NCBI GenBank assembly: GCA_025453415.1
Contig: JALOQL010000002.1
Location: 1-43,433, forward strand
Source of the DNA: Minisyncoccota bacterium
GTDB taxonomy: Bacteria > Patescibacteriota > Minisyncoccia > Minisyncoccales > UBA5738
DNA: 43,433 nucleotides
Reading direction: 5' to 3'
In this document: one piece after another, positions 27,786 to 37,467 of the stretch
Position numbering within the stretch: the stretch's first letter is position 1
How the letters are laid out: the number at the start of each line of letters is the position of its first letter
Translations under genes and position numbers: made by a program
The notes under the pieces: model-generated
What the model saw: only the letters and a program-made list of their open reading frames with translations
Database searches by the model: none
Told to the model about the DNA's origin: nothing

Positions 27786-28964
27786 TCATCGCTTTTTTGA
27801 GATTTGGCAGTATGCTTCGTGCAGCTGTTTACCCACGGCCGCAAGGCTGAAATTATCCGCGGCATACCTGTTCAACTCTTTTGGCGCATAATCCTGGCAA
27901 TGATCCAGCATTCGGACCACCGCGGCGGCCAATGAGGATTTGTCGCCCAACGGCACCAGTATTCCCCGGTTCGCGCTGATAGTCCGGCGAAATGCCGGAA
28001 TATCATAGGCCACCACCGGAATACCGCAAGCCAAAGCCTCGACCGTGCTGGCGCCAAAAGTTTCCCCATAGCTGGGATGCAGCATAAAATCACATTGCCG
28101 CATCATCCGGGCAACCTCCTGTTTTGGCTGTAAACCATGGAAAATGGCCCGATCGCCGATCCCCAATTGCCGCGCCATTTCTTCGTAATCTCCCTGACGC
28201 GGCCCGCCGCCGAAAATATGCATTTGCCAACCGGAACGCTCCCTTAGCTTTACCAGCACCTCCAATATATCGCCGATCCCCTTTTCCGGAAGCAGATTTC
28301 CGACGAACACGATCCGCTTGGGCCGCCCATCGATTCCGCACTTTGACTCCGGAAAAAAAATCGAAGTATCCACCGCGTTGGGAATGACGCGGAAATTAGC
28401 TTTGATCCCGTAGGATTGGATCGCTGCCATCAACGGCTGGCTCACCGGCAACACCGCGTCCGCCAAGCCGAACGCCAAACGGGCTTTTAATATCTCTGAC
28501 GCCGGCAAAGCTTTGCGAGAAAAAATACTCCAATGTTCGGTGACCGCGACCGGAATACCGAGGCGCCGGCCAATGGCAACCGCCGCCAATCCGGAAACAT
28601 AGACATGGGCATGAATCACATCCGGGGTAAAACCACTTCTTTTAATTTGCCGGAAAGCGCGGCCGACACACCATAGATATGTTGCCAGCGAAGTTCCCGG
28701 CAAACGCGGTTTTCGGTAAAACAATCTGTAAGTGACAATCCCCTGCGCCACTTCCGGGTCGCTTTCCTCCTCAATCTGCCACAATCGTCTTGCCCCCGAA
28801 TCCGCCTGGATCCAATACAGAACCCGCACGTCATCATTTATCTTTGCGGCTTTCGCGTGTTCGCGCACAAAAACGTTATCGGCCGGATGGTCTTTGGTGG
28901 GATAGCTTCCGGTGATAAAAAGCACCTTCAACCGGCGTTTGCCGGTTACGCTTTCGGACACCAT
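27786..28964 (-). CDS. Glycosyltransferase family 4
   Basis: PDVIHAH, VTEH, IPNAVD, FVGNL..EKG, ETFGASTVEALACG. Confidence 0.92.
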   Translation of the reverse strand: MVSESVTGKRRLKVLFITGSYPTKDHPADNVFVREHAKAAKINDDVRVLYWIQADSGARRLWQIEEESDPEVAQGIVTYRLFYRKPRLPGTSLATYLWCVGRAFRQIKRSGFTPDVIHAHVYVSGLAAVAIGRRLGIPVAVTEHWSIFSRKALPASEILKARLAFGLADAVLPVSQPLMAAIQSYGIKANFRVIPNAVDTSIFFPESKCGIDGRPKRIVFVGNLLPEKGIGDILEVLVKLRERSGWQMHIFGGGPRQGDYEEMARQLGIGDRAIFHGLQPKQEVARMMRQCDFMLHPSYGETFGASTVEALACGIPVVAYDIPAFRRTISANRGILVPLGDKSSLAAAVVRMLDHCQDYAPKELNRYAADNFSLAAVGKQLHEAYCQISKKR

Positions 28965-28967
28965 GCT

Positions 28968-30011
28968 TCAAATATTATTACAGGGGCAGGTCCGGCAAGG
29001 GGCAAGTTCGGGCCGTCTTTTATCCAAGAAATCCCGCCGCCGTTCCTGGAAGTGGGCGTTGTTCCAAACGTCCTTGTCGTAGAATTTGCCATTGCCGCGC
29101 ATGTTCAGTATCTGGCCGGTGCAGCCGCCCACGTCCCCTTCGCCGTCGACCCGGATCAGGCGGAAATAATCCGCGCAGTAACGCTCCCGGCGGTTGCGGT
29201 CCAAAAGCGTGGGCATATTGATCTTCAGGCCGCAATCCCCTTTCTTCACTTGGTCCAAGATCTTGACCGCATCGGCATCATCGCGAAACAACGACCGCTC
29301 CTCGGCGGTGAATCCCGGCGAGGGCGAGGGCAGGAAGTTATGGAAAGTCGCGCCGTCAACGCCGCATTGGCGCGCGTAGTCGATCATCTTGAAAATATCT
29401 TTGACATTCTGCCGGTCCAAAATATAAGAAAATGTTATTTCGAGCTGCGATTTCCGCGCGTTCCTTTCGGCAACCAGCTTGATCACGTTCTCACGGACCT
29501 TGGCATGGAATTCCCTGGGCTGGCCGGTCATGCGGAAGAATTCTTCCTCGTTGTGGCCGTCAACGCTGATCTCGATCGCCGCCAACCCGCATTCCAGAAC
29601 GTCGTTTATCTTGTCATCCAGCACGGTGCCGTTGGAAACCGTTACGGCATTCATCTTGCGCTCAAACACCGCGTAACGGACCATCTTGAAAAAATCCGGA
29701 TTAAGCAGCGGCTCGCCGGTACCGATGAAAGAGATCCCTTGCGCGTTGCGGAATCTATCCGCGAAACGGCGGAAAGTTTCAAAATCGATGTCGCGGCCGC
29801 CGGGGTAGTTGTAGCCGCTGTGTTTGATCTTTTTGGAATGGGTCTGGCACATGTCGCAAGCATAAGTGCACCGATTGGTAACGTGTATCGACAGCTCGAT
29901 CGGATCGTAAAACAGCCGCGGGCCCCGGGGCAGGAATTTATATTTGGCGTAATTGATGACCTGGCCGGGGGTTATTTGGCCGGTAATTAGTTTTTTAATG
30001 ATTGGTTTCAT
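28968..30011 (-). CDS. Radical SAM enzyme with C-terminal SPASM/twitch domain
   Basis: CTYACDMC (CxxxCxxC), GTGEPLL, SNG, ISVDG; C-terminal C...GDVGGC...CRTCPC; start placed at ATG 30011. Confidence 0.9.
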   Translation of the reverse strand: MKPIIKKLITGQITPGQVINYAKYKFLPRGPRLFYDPIELSIHVTNRCTYACDMCQTHSKKIKHSGYNYPGGRDIDFETFRRFADRFRNAQGISFIGTGEPLLNPDFFKMVRYAVFERKMNAVTVSNGTVLDDKINDVLECGLAAIEISVDGHNEEEFFRMTGQPREFHAKVRENVIKLVAERNARKSQLEITFSYILDRQNVKDIFKMIDYARQCGVDGATFHNFLPSPSPGFTAEERSLFRDDADAVKILDQVKKGDCGLKINMPTLLDRNRRERYCADYFRLIRVDGEGDVGGCTGQILNMRGNGKFYDKDVWNNAHFQERRRDFLDKRRPELAPCRTCPCNNI

Positions 30012-30033
30012 ATTATGAATCTTCAATAGTAAA

Positions 30034-31050
30034 CTAACACGCAGGCGGTGCATTATCAACCGCCGGCACCGTTTTTTTGCCCGCAACCGTATCGTTGAAA
30101 AAATCCAGCCGGCCGGCCTTGATCGGGTTTCGATGGCGCCAACAATACCAAAAAGCCGCGGCCAGCCATTTTAATTCCGCAAACGCCGCCTTCCGGTCTT
30201 TTGAAAAAAGAACTCTTGCCAGGGTAAAACCCAGCTCGCCGGCGCGGCTCCAAACATAGCAAAAGCGATCGCGGCGGCCGCGGCCAAAGAGCTTGCAAAA
30301 AAGATACCATCCGTAAACCTGGCGCATGTAAATGAATTCTTTGGCCGCCGCCCGGCCCGCCGGCGAGCTTTTATGGACAAGTTTTGCCGCCGGAGTGATG
30401 AAAAGCGAACCGGGATATTTTTTGAAAACGCGGTAGGAAAATTCCAGGTCCTCGCCGTCGGAATATTTCTTTAGGTTTTCGTCATAAAAGAATTCGCCGT
30501 ACACCCGCCTCTTGAAAGAATGGTTGGCGCCGGAAAGCCATTCGCAGCCTATTACCCGGTCCAGCCGCGCCGGATAGGTCGCGCTCACGGACGGCAAGGC
30601 CCGACAGCGATTGTTCTCCAAATGGTAATGGCAAAACATCCGGCGAAAAAAATTCCTTTTTAAAGAAAACCTTTCCTGCTTGATATATCCCTGCACTCCC
30701 AGCGCCTGGCGCTGCTTGCGGTAAACCGCCGATATTCCGCGGACATAATCCTTGTCCAGGATCACATCGTCATCCAAAAAAATAATGATCTCGCCATGGG
30801 TCGCTTTGACGCCAAGGTTGCGCGCCACGGTCAAACTATTCTCTTGGCGGTTCTCCAAATAATCCAATCGGACGCCGCGGCGCGCGAATTCGTCTTTCCT
30901 TCGCGACACCAAAGAGCGGGTCGGGGCATCATCGCCGTTATCGACCACCAGCACCTCGACGGGCAATTCGCTTTGCGCCAAGATCGACCCCAGGCATTCG
31001 TCAAGATCGCGCGTTCGCTTGTATGTTGGAATGATGACTGAAATTTCCAT
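30034..31050 (-). CDS. Glycosyltransferase family 2
   Basis: SVIIPTYKR, VVDNG, ARNLG, FLDDD, GEDLEFS. Confidence 0.92.
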   Translation of the reverse strand: MEISVIIPTYKRTRDLDECLGSILAQSELPVEVLVVDNGDDAPTRSLVSRRKDEFARRGVRLDYLENRQENSLTVARNLGVKATHGEIIIFLDDDVILDKDYVRGISAVYRKQRQALGVQGYIKQERFSLKRNFFRRMFCHYHLENNRCRALPSVSATYPARLDRVIGCEWLSGANHSFKRRVYGEFFYDENLKKYSDGEDLEFSYRVFKKYPGSLFITPAAKLVHKSSPAGRAAAKEFIYMRQVYGWYLFCKLFGRGRRDRFCYVWSRAGELGFTLARVLFSKDRKAAFAELKWLAAAFWYCWRHRNPIKAGRLDFFNDTVAGKKTVPAVDNAPPAC

Positions 31051-31053
31051 GTT

Positions 31054-31788
31054 TCAAATCTCGATATTTTTTACCGAGACCAAATAACCGGCTTCCTGCC
31101 AATTCTTGTCCGGCCAAACATCGGCCGGTATTTTTTCCGCGGTGATCTTATCCGCGGCGACATATTTTCCCAAGAGCCGGCGGTAATCGCGGCGCCAGCA
31201 GCCGCGCCAGTATTCCCCCCGGCCACGAGCCGAATCCGAATGCCATTCAAGCAGGAAAAGCGACTTCCGCGCGATCCGCAGCAAATTGCCGATTACATTT
31301 TCAATAATTTCCGGACCCGCGTAAAGCAGGACCGCGTCCGTAAAGACCGCGTCATAGCTTTTATCCGGGATCTTATCCAATTCCGTCATTTTCATCGCCG
31401 CCAGTTCGACATTTGTCAAATTATTTTTGACAAATAATCGCCGCCCCTGCTCGATCGAACGCGGATCAAGATCAATGCCGGTTAAGCGAGCTTGGGGAAA
31501 TTCCCGAGCCAGCCAATAAAGGTTGGCGCCATAGCCGCATCCCGCTTCCAAGACCGACTCAAACGGCCCCGCCGCGGCAATTTTTTTTGCCAAAAACGCG
31601 CGATGCGGATGGTTAAGGTTCTCCAGGTCCTTAGCCACTTCCTCCCGGGATCGGCCCAGCCAGCGGCGCCGCGCCATACTTGCGCCGGCAATCACGGCCA
31701 AAATCCCTAAAACAGCCCAATACGTCTTTTTGGACAGCGAATGCAGTATCGGATAACGGCTGATGAACGCTATTATTTTCTCTTTCAT
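31054..31788 (-). CDS. Class I SAM-dependent methyltransferase
   Basis: VLEAGCGYGANL, GIDLD, SYDAVFTDAVLLY. Confidence 0.88.
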   Translation of the reverse strand: MKEKIIAFISRYPILHSLSKKTYWAVLGILAVIAGASMARRRWLGRSREEVAKDLENLNHPHRAFLAKKIAAAGPFESVLEAGCGYGANLYWLAREFPQARLTGIDLDPRSIEQGRRLFVKNNLTNVELAAMKMTELDKIPDKSYDAVFTDAVLLYAGPEIIENVIGNLLRIARKSLFLLEWHSDSARGRGEYWRGCWRRDYRRLLGKYVAADKITAEKIPADVWPDKNWQEAGYLVSVKNIEI

Positions 31789-31803
31789 GAAAAGCGGAAA
31801 TTT

Positions 31804-32808
31804 TTATAACTCCTGGGCCTGCAAAAAGTAAAGCTGGTTAAAATCCGCGGCATTTTCAATGCGGGATTCGACTTCTTCTGACGCCACTCCGCCAATCCGT
31901 CCAAACCCCAGCGCTTTCATGCCATTGGCCGTGGCCATCCGAATCGCTTCTTTTGCCGGGATTTTGCCAGCGTCGCAATTAACGCCCTTTTGGAGCAGGG
32001 CCGCGAATTTGGCCGCTTCCCAAACGTCCAAACGGTTGGAACTGGCCGCGCCATCAGTCCCCAAACACACATTAATGCCCGCTTTTAACATCTTCTCCAC
32101 CGGCGCGATTCCCGAACCAAGCTTCAGATTGCTTAGCGGACAATGGGCGACATTTGCTTTCCGCCGGGCGATGATCTCGATATCATGGTCGGTCACCCAA
32201 ACGCAATGAGCCAATAGCGCCCGCTCGTCCAGCAATCCCAAGCGGTCAATATATTCCACCGGCGAGCAATGGTTGGTTTTTTGGCAATCATCGAATTCCT
32301 TCTTGGTTTCGGCCAAATGGATGTGCAACAGGGTTCCGTATTTGTCGGCAAGTTTTTTGCATTTCAACAGCGTCGCTTCGGAAACGGTATAAATAGCGTG
32401 GGGCGAGACTGCAACCTTAATGTATTCGCTGGCGCGATATTTCGCGATCAGTTTCTCGGTAGCCTCCAGCGCTTCCCCGCTATTAGCCGCGCTGGGAGTC
32501 GGAAAATCAAGGATTCCCTCCCCGACCACCGCCGCCATTCCCATCTCCTCGGCCGCGCGCGCCGCTTCGTCTTCGAAAAAATACATATCGCGAAAGAGCC
32601 CAACGCGGTTGGCCCGCATTTCCGCGATCGCGGCCTTTGTTTGCTCATACACAAACGCCGGCGTAACCCGGGCGCGTTCGGCCGGAAAAATATGTTCGTT
32701 CAGCCAAACCTCCAGAGGCAAGTCCTCGGCCAAACCGCGAAAGCCCACCATGGCCGCGTGGGCATGGGCATTGACGAGCGGCAATGTGAAATTATTGTTC
32801 GTGTCCAT
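31804..32808 (-). CDS. MtaD/DadD-like amidohydrolase (SAH/MTA/5'-deoxyadenosine deaminase family), barrel-only form
   Basis: VNAHAH, RGLAEDLPL..WL..HIFPAE, DMYF, PHAIYT, HIHLAET, AHCVW, HCPLSNLKLGSG, LGTDGAASSN. Confidence 0.85.
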   Translation of the reverse strand: MDTNNNFTLPLVNAHAHAAMVGFRGLAEDLPLEVWLNEHIFPAERARVTPAFVYEQTKAAIAEMRANRVGLFRDMYFFEDEAARAAEEMGMAAVVGEGILDFPTPSAANSGEALEATEKLIAKYRASEYIKVAVSPHAIYTVSEATLLKCKKLADKYGTLLHIHLAETKKEFDDCQKTNHCSPVEYIDRLGLLDERALLAHCVWVTDHDIEIIARRKANVAHCPLSNLKLGSGIAPVEKMLKAGINVCLGTDGAASSNRLDVWEAAKFAALLQKGVNCDAGKIPAKEAIRMATANGMKALGFGRIGGVASEEVESRIENAADFNQLYFLQAQEL

Positions 32809-33913
32809 GGTTTTTATTTCCGATCATCCGGCGATAAATGGCGTCGATACCCGCCATTTCCTTATAATAATTGTTCTTTTCCCAAATAACGGCGCGGTTT
32901 ATTTTGCCAAACGCCGCCCTGGCCGCATCATTATCAAACAAATATAATATCTTTTCCGCCAATAATTCATAGTCTTTCAAAGGAATCACAAACCCGCCTT
33001 CCCCGTCTTTGATCCAGAGCCGGATATCGCCCGAATCCGTATTGATGACCGGCAGCTCGCAAGCCATCGCCTCCGCGGTACTGGCGGCCAAACCGCTTTC
33101 CGACAAGGAAGTGGAAACGTAAATATCAGCGGTTTGCAGACAGGAAACCATCCGGGCTTCCGAAACCCGGCCGGAAAATTCGATGTTTCCGGCAATACCC
33201 AGATCAGTGGCCAGCTTTTGGAGATAACCTTTTTGTTCGCCATCGCCAACCAAAACGAATTTTGCTTCGGGAACTTTCCTTATAACGATCGCGGCGGCTC
33301 TTACCAAGGTCTCCACGTCGTGGACCGGAGTCAGAAAACGCGTACTGACCACGGCCTTTCCCCGTGCCGCGTCGCCGGCCGGCGGTTTGAATTTATCGAT
33401 ATCAACCCCGAAAGTGAACAATTTTATCTTTTCTTCCGGAATTCCAAAATTCTTTACCGCTTCCTTGGTATTTTCACCGTCGCATACGACCAGATCAGCC
33501 CGGCGCAAAGCAAACCCGGTCATCATCCTTGCCACCCGGTCGGCCTTGGCATGGATCAAGACGTCGCTACCCCACGGCGTGACGATCAACGGATGGAAAC
33601 CGCAAAGCGCCGCCAGCCACGAATTCCCGCCCAGATCCTGGCCATGGATGATATCCGGCCGCACTTTTCGCAAAATCATTTTGGCGGCAAAAAATGCCGG
33701 CACGATGTTGGCCAGGCGCGCCACGGGGCCGGCGGCATTGACGGTTTTTTTAATGACATGGACCTTAACCGGTCCGTAATCGTCAACCAATTCGCCGTTC
33801 AAAGTAACGACATGGACTTGGTAACCCTGCTGGGCAAAATAGCGCGTCCAGCGCCAAAGATGCCGCGCCGCGGCGTCGCCGAAAAAACAAATTATGGGTT
33901 TGCCATCGATCAT
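32792..33913 (-). CDS. Glycosyltransferase family 4, paralog of 19045..20142
   Basis: GFHPLIVTPWGSD, FGVDIDKF, ADIYVSTSLSESGLAASTAEAMA. Confidence 0.92.
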   Translation of the reverse strand: MIDGKPIICFFGDAAARHLWRWTRYFAQQGYQVHVVTLNGELVDDYGPVKVHVIKKTVNAAGPVARLANIVPAFFAAKMILRKVRPDIIHGQDLGGNSWLAALCGFHPLIVTPWGSDVLIHAKADRVARMMTGFALRRADLVVCDGENTKEAVKNFGIPEEKIKLFTFGVDIDKFKPPAGDAARGKAVVSTRFLTPVHDVETLVRAAAIVIRKVPEAKFVLVGDGEQKGYLQKLATDLGIAGNIEFSGRVSEARMVSCLQTADIYVSTSLSESGLAASTAEAMACELPVINTDSGDIRLWIKDGEGGFVIPLKDYELLAEKILYLFDNDAARAAFGKINRAVIWEKNNYYKEMAGIDAIYRRMIGNKNHGHEQ

Positions 33914-35253
33914 GCGTTTATATTTGATTCTTGGCTGTCTCCGGCCAGCCGCGCCATCAGGCCGTTGGGCATCGCCAATAAGTAAAAAAACATGGCGTCA
34001 AGCATATTTATGACCGGAAGCCACAAAATTGCGATTGCCAATCCCGATACCAGCAAAAAACGATTTTTATTCCCGTTCACGAACATAACGGCCAGCGCGG
34101 CGAAAGAAAAATTCAACAGCAATAGGAAAATCCCGACATAACCGGTATCCACCAGCAATGCCGTGAATCCCTCGGTCGATTCGTTGGCGCCCACCCCGGC
34201 GGCCAGCTCCGGAAATCCCTTTTCTTCATAAAGCCGGCGCAAATAAGGCCCGATGACATTGCCGTGGACGCGATAACCGTAGCCGAAAAGCGCGACCTGC
34301 CAATTGCCGCCCACCGCCATGAAACTGCTCTCCAAATGCACACGTCGGTCAATATCCTTGGGTGAATTTTCCCAAAAACGGATGTTTTGCACCGCGCCGT
34401 AAAGCGATTTGGCCACGGCGCCGCTTATGCGCGCCAATTCGCCGCGATTTTCCACGCCATACACCAAACCGATCATCAAGACGGAAAATACCGCGAAAAC
34501 CGCGATCCTTTTGAGGCCGAGGTGAAATACCGACGTCAAAACAAACGCGACGATCGCCAAAAGCGCGATGCGCGCCGAATAATAAAGCGAGGCCAAAACC
34601 GCCAGGCCCAAAGTCAAACCGCCGATAACGCGATATGAGCGGGACTTGTCCATCATCAGAATGATCGCCGCCGGCACGCCGATGACCGCGGGAAAAAGCG
34701 CGTAAGCGGTCGTTGACCATTCGCCCGGCTGGATGGCGTAGCGGCTCAAACCGCGCAATTTTTCGGTCAAAAAACCGTAAACGATATAGTAAAAAAGATA
34801 GGCCGCAAAACTTCCCGAAACCAGCAATGCCAGCCGGCGGCCGGAAGGCATCGGAAAATTTTTCTTGGATGCGATAAAACCGACCAGCCCAAGCATCAGG
34901 AAAAAAACTATCCAGCGCGCTTTCTCGGGGCTTGCCATGACCGCCATGCCGCGCAGGCTTTCAAAAACCATGTATGAAACAAGCAAGGCAAATGCCACGC
35001 CATGCAACGATTCCGCTATCCCCTTTTTCCTTTCATAAAATTTCACCCTTCCCAGGAACAACGCGAAAATGCCGCCGGCAAGCGCGCAACCGATAAAATA
35101 TTCGTCGAAAAAGGTATATCCTGCCGCCATCAAGCCCGCGGAAAAAACCGACGCGGCGACCAGAACCGGCCAAAATAATTTCGGCCTGACAATGACGGCC
35201 GCGGCAAGCAAGATACCGGCGGCAAAATAAATTGTTGCGAGGCTTAACAGCAT
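33910..35253 (-). CDS. Polytopic membrane protein, probable Wzy polymerase
   Basis: ~11-12 hydrophobic segments, YSARIA motif, large loop ending LFGYGY, LVDTGYVG; position within the glycan operon. Confidence 0.65.
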   Translation of the reverse strand: MLLSLATIYFAAGILLAAAVIVRPKLFWPVLVAASVFSAGLMAAGYTFFDEYFIGCALAGGIFALFLGRVKFYERKKGIAESLHGVAFALLVSYMVFESLRGMAVMASPEKARWIVFFLMLGLVGFIASKKNFPMPSGRRLALLVSGSFAAYLFYYIVYGFLTEKLRGLSRYAIQPGEWSTTAYALFPAVIGVPAAIILMMDKSRSYRVIGGLTLGLAVLASLYYSARIALLAIVAFVLTSVFHLGLKRIAVFAVFSVLMIGLVYGVENRGELARISGAVAKSLYGAVQNIRFWENSPKDIDRRVHLESSFMAVGGNWQVALFGYGYRVHGNVIGPYLRRLYEEKGFPELAAGVGANESTEGFTALLVDTGYVGIFLLLLNFSFAALAVMFVNGNKNRFLLVSGLAIAILWLPVINMLDAMFFYLLAMPNGLMARLAGDSQESNINA

Positions 35254-35279
35254 TTTTTTGGTCCGCCGCTTGCCGGGTG

Positions 35280-36362
35280 TTATCTTGCGGACGCCATTTT
35301 TTCGAGCATGGCGGTTATCCTGCCGGCGGCATTGCCGTCCCCGAATTCATTGCCGGGGCGAGTTTGCGGCACCGGGGCGGCAATGGCCTTTTCCATCTTG
35401 CCAATATCCGTCCCCGCCAAAGTGTTCCATCCCGCGGCCACAGTTTCCGGCCAGCAATTTTCTTCCAAAAGAGTCACGCAGGGAACTTCGGTCCAATAGG
35501 CCTCTTTTTGGATGCCGCCGCTGTCGGTAACGATCTTTTTAGCTCCGGATTGAAGCGCCATCATGTCCAGATAACCGACCGGATCGATAAGCTTGATGTT
35601 TTCCGCCGGCCGAATCTTGTTTTTATCCATTGCGGCGCGCGTACGCGGATGGACCGGGAAAACCGCCGGCCCGGTATTGGCAAGCGCTCCCAGGATCCGG
35701 CCCAAAACCGCCGGATCATCCACGTTCTGAGGCCGGTGGATCGTGACCAGCAAATATGTATTTTTTGCCAGCCCGGTTTTTTCGATGATCGTCGAATTGT
35801 CGGCAAAACGTTTTCCGCGCCGGAAAGAATCATACATCAGATCGCCGACGTTATGCGCCCGCTCGCCCAGGCCTTCCCGTTCCAGATTGGCCACCGAAGA
35901 TCGGACCGGGCAAAAGAGCGCGTCCGAAACATGGTCGGCCACCAGCCGGTTGATCTCTTCGGGCATCGCCCGATTGAAAGCGCGCGGCCCGGCTTCGATA
36001 TGGGCAACCAGTATATGCATTTTTGCCGCCACCAGGGCGCCGGCAAGTGTGGAATTGACATCCCCCACCACCGCCACGATATCCGGCGTTTCTTTTTGCA
36101 AAACCTCTTCGATCGCTTCCATCATCCTGGCCGTCTGGCGCGCATGCGTGTCCGAACCGATACCCAGGTTGTAATCCGGTTTGGGAATTTCCAGGTCCTG
36201 GAAAAAAACCTGCGACATCTCATAGTCGTAATGCTGGCCCGTATGGACCAAGACCGGTAAAAAATCAGGATGGTTTCGCCATTGCCAAAAAAGAGGCGCG
36301 ATCTTTATGAAATTCGGCCGCGCCCCCACGACAATGGCAATCTTTTTTTTGTTATCCCCCAT
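35280..36362 (-). CDS. wecB: Non-hydrolysing UDP-N-acetylhexosamine 2-epimerase (WecB/WbpI family)
   Basis: GARPNFIK, HTGQHYD, GDVNSTLA, HIEAG, PEEINR, TDSGGIQKEA. Confidence 0.93.
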   Translation of the reverse strand: MGDNKKKIAIVVGARPNFIKIAPLFWQWRNHPDFLPVLVHTGQHYDYEMSQVFFQDLEIPKPDYNLGIGSDTHARQTARMMEAIEEVLQKETPDIVAVVGDVNSTLAGALVAAKMHILVAHIEAGPRAFNRAMPEEINRLVADHVSDALFCPVRSSVANLEREGLGERAHNVGDLMYDSFRRGKRFADNSTIIEKTGLAKNTYLLVTIHRPQNVDDPAVLGRILGALANTGPAVFPVHPRTRAAMDKNKIRPAENIKLIDPVGYLDMMALQSGAKKIVTDSGGIQKEAYWTEVPCVTLLEENCWPETVAAGWNTLAGTDIGKMEKAIAAPVPQTRPGNEFGDGNAAGRITAMLEKMASAR

Positions 36363-37458
36363 AGAATTCTTTAATTGTTTTTAGCGCTATTTCCTGTTCA
36401 TCGGCGGAAAATTCCGGATAGATCGGCAAGCTAATAACTTTTTGCGAAATTAGCGCCGCGTTCGGGCAGCTACCGGCCTCGATCCCGAGGTATTCGAATG
36501 CCGGCTGGGAATGCAATGGCACCGAATAATAAACCATCGTCGGGATCTGGCGTTCTTTTAAAAATTTTTGCAGCGCATCCCGCCGGTCGGTCGTGATCGT
36601 GTATTGGTGAAAAACGCATTCCCGGCCGCTTCCGATCCCCGGAAAAATCATATCGCCCGCTCCCGCCAAACTTTCGTTGTATTTTTCGGCAATTCCGATC
36701 CGCAAATCGTTACAGTCGTTCAAATGGCGCAATTTCACCCGCAGGACCGCGGCCTGGATCGCGTCCAGGCGCGAATTGACCCCCAGGGTCAAATGCAAAT
36801 ATTTGTTTGTCGGCGAAGAACCGTGAGCGCGCAATAATTTTATTTTTTGCGCGATATCGTCGTTATCGGTCGTCAGCATTCCCCCGTCGCCGTAAGCCCC
36901 CAAATTCTTGGTCGGGAAAAAGGAAAAACAGCCGATATCGCCGACGGTGCCGCAAAATTTTTGACCGCACTTTGCACCCATCGCCTGCGCCGCGTCCTCG
37001 ATGACATACAAATTACCGTCCTTGGCGATTTTGGAAATCGCCGTCATATCCGCGGCCCGGCCGAAAAGATGGACCGGGATGATCGCTTTGGTTCTGGAAG
37101 TTATCTTTTTTTCGATATCTTCGGGATCGATATTGAACGTTACCGGATCGATATCGACGAAAACCGGCACGGCGCCGCACTGGGCCACCGTTTCGGCCGT
37201 GGCGATGAAAGTAAAATCCGGTACCAGCACTTCATCGCCCGGCCCGATATCCAAGGCTTTCAATGCCAGGTAAAGCGCGTCCGTACCCGAATTGAGAGTA
37301 ATCGCGTGCGCGGTCTCCAAAAAAACGGCCGCCTCTTTTTCAAAAGCCGCCACTTCGGGGCCGCCGATAAAAACGCCGTTTTCCAGCGTTCTCAAAACCG
37401 CCCCGTCAATTTCTTCCTTTATCGATTGATACTGTTTTTTAAGGTCGAAAAATTCCAT
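36352..37458 (-). CDS. wbpE: WbpE-like DegT aminotransferase
   Basis: SGTDAL, FTFIATAE, EDAAQA, SFFPTKNLGAYGDGG, NSRLDAIQAA; syntenic with wbpA/B/D. Confidence 0.85.
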   Translation of the reverse strand: MEFFDLKKQYQSIKEEIDGAVLRTLENGVFIGGPEVAAFEKEAAVFLETAHAITLNSGTDALYLALKALDIGPGDEVLVPDFTFIATAETVAQCGAVPVFVDIDPVTFNIDPEDIEKKITSRTKAIIPVHLFGRAADMTAISKIAKDGNLYVIEDAAQAMGAKCGQKFCGTVGDIGCFSFFPTKNLGAYGDGGMLTTDNDDIAQKIKLLRAHGSSPTNKYLHLTLGVNSRLDAIQAAVLRVKLRHLNDCNDLRIGIAEKYNESLAGAGDMIFPGIGSGRECVFHQYTITTDRRDALQKFLKERQIPTMVYYSVPLHSQPAFEYLGIEAGSCPNAALISQKVISLPIYPEFSADEQEIALKTIKEFYGG

Positions 37459-37467
37459 AATCGATTA

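Noticed and set aside
25952..32808. Lasso-peptide/RiPP cluster (AsnB-like + radical SAM/SPASM + methyltransferase)
   Set aside because: No precursor peptide, RRE/PqqD or B-type protease is visible, intergenic gaps are too short, and the genes are interleaved with glycosyltransferases.
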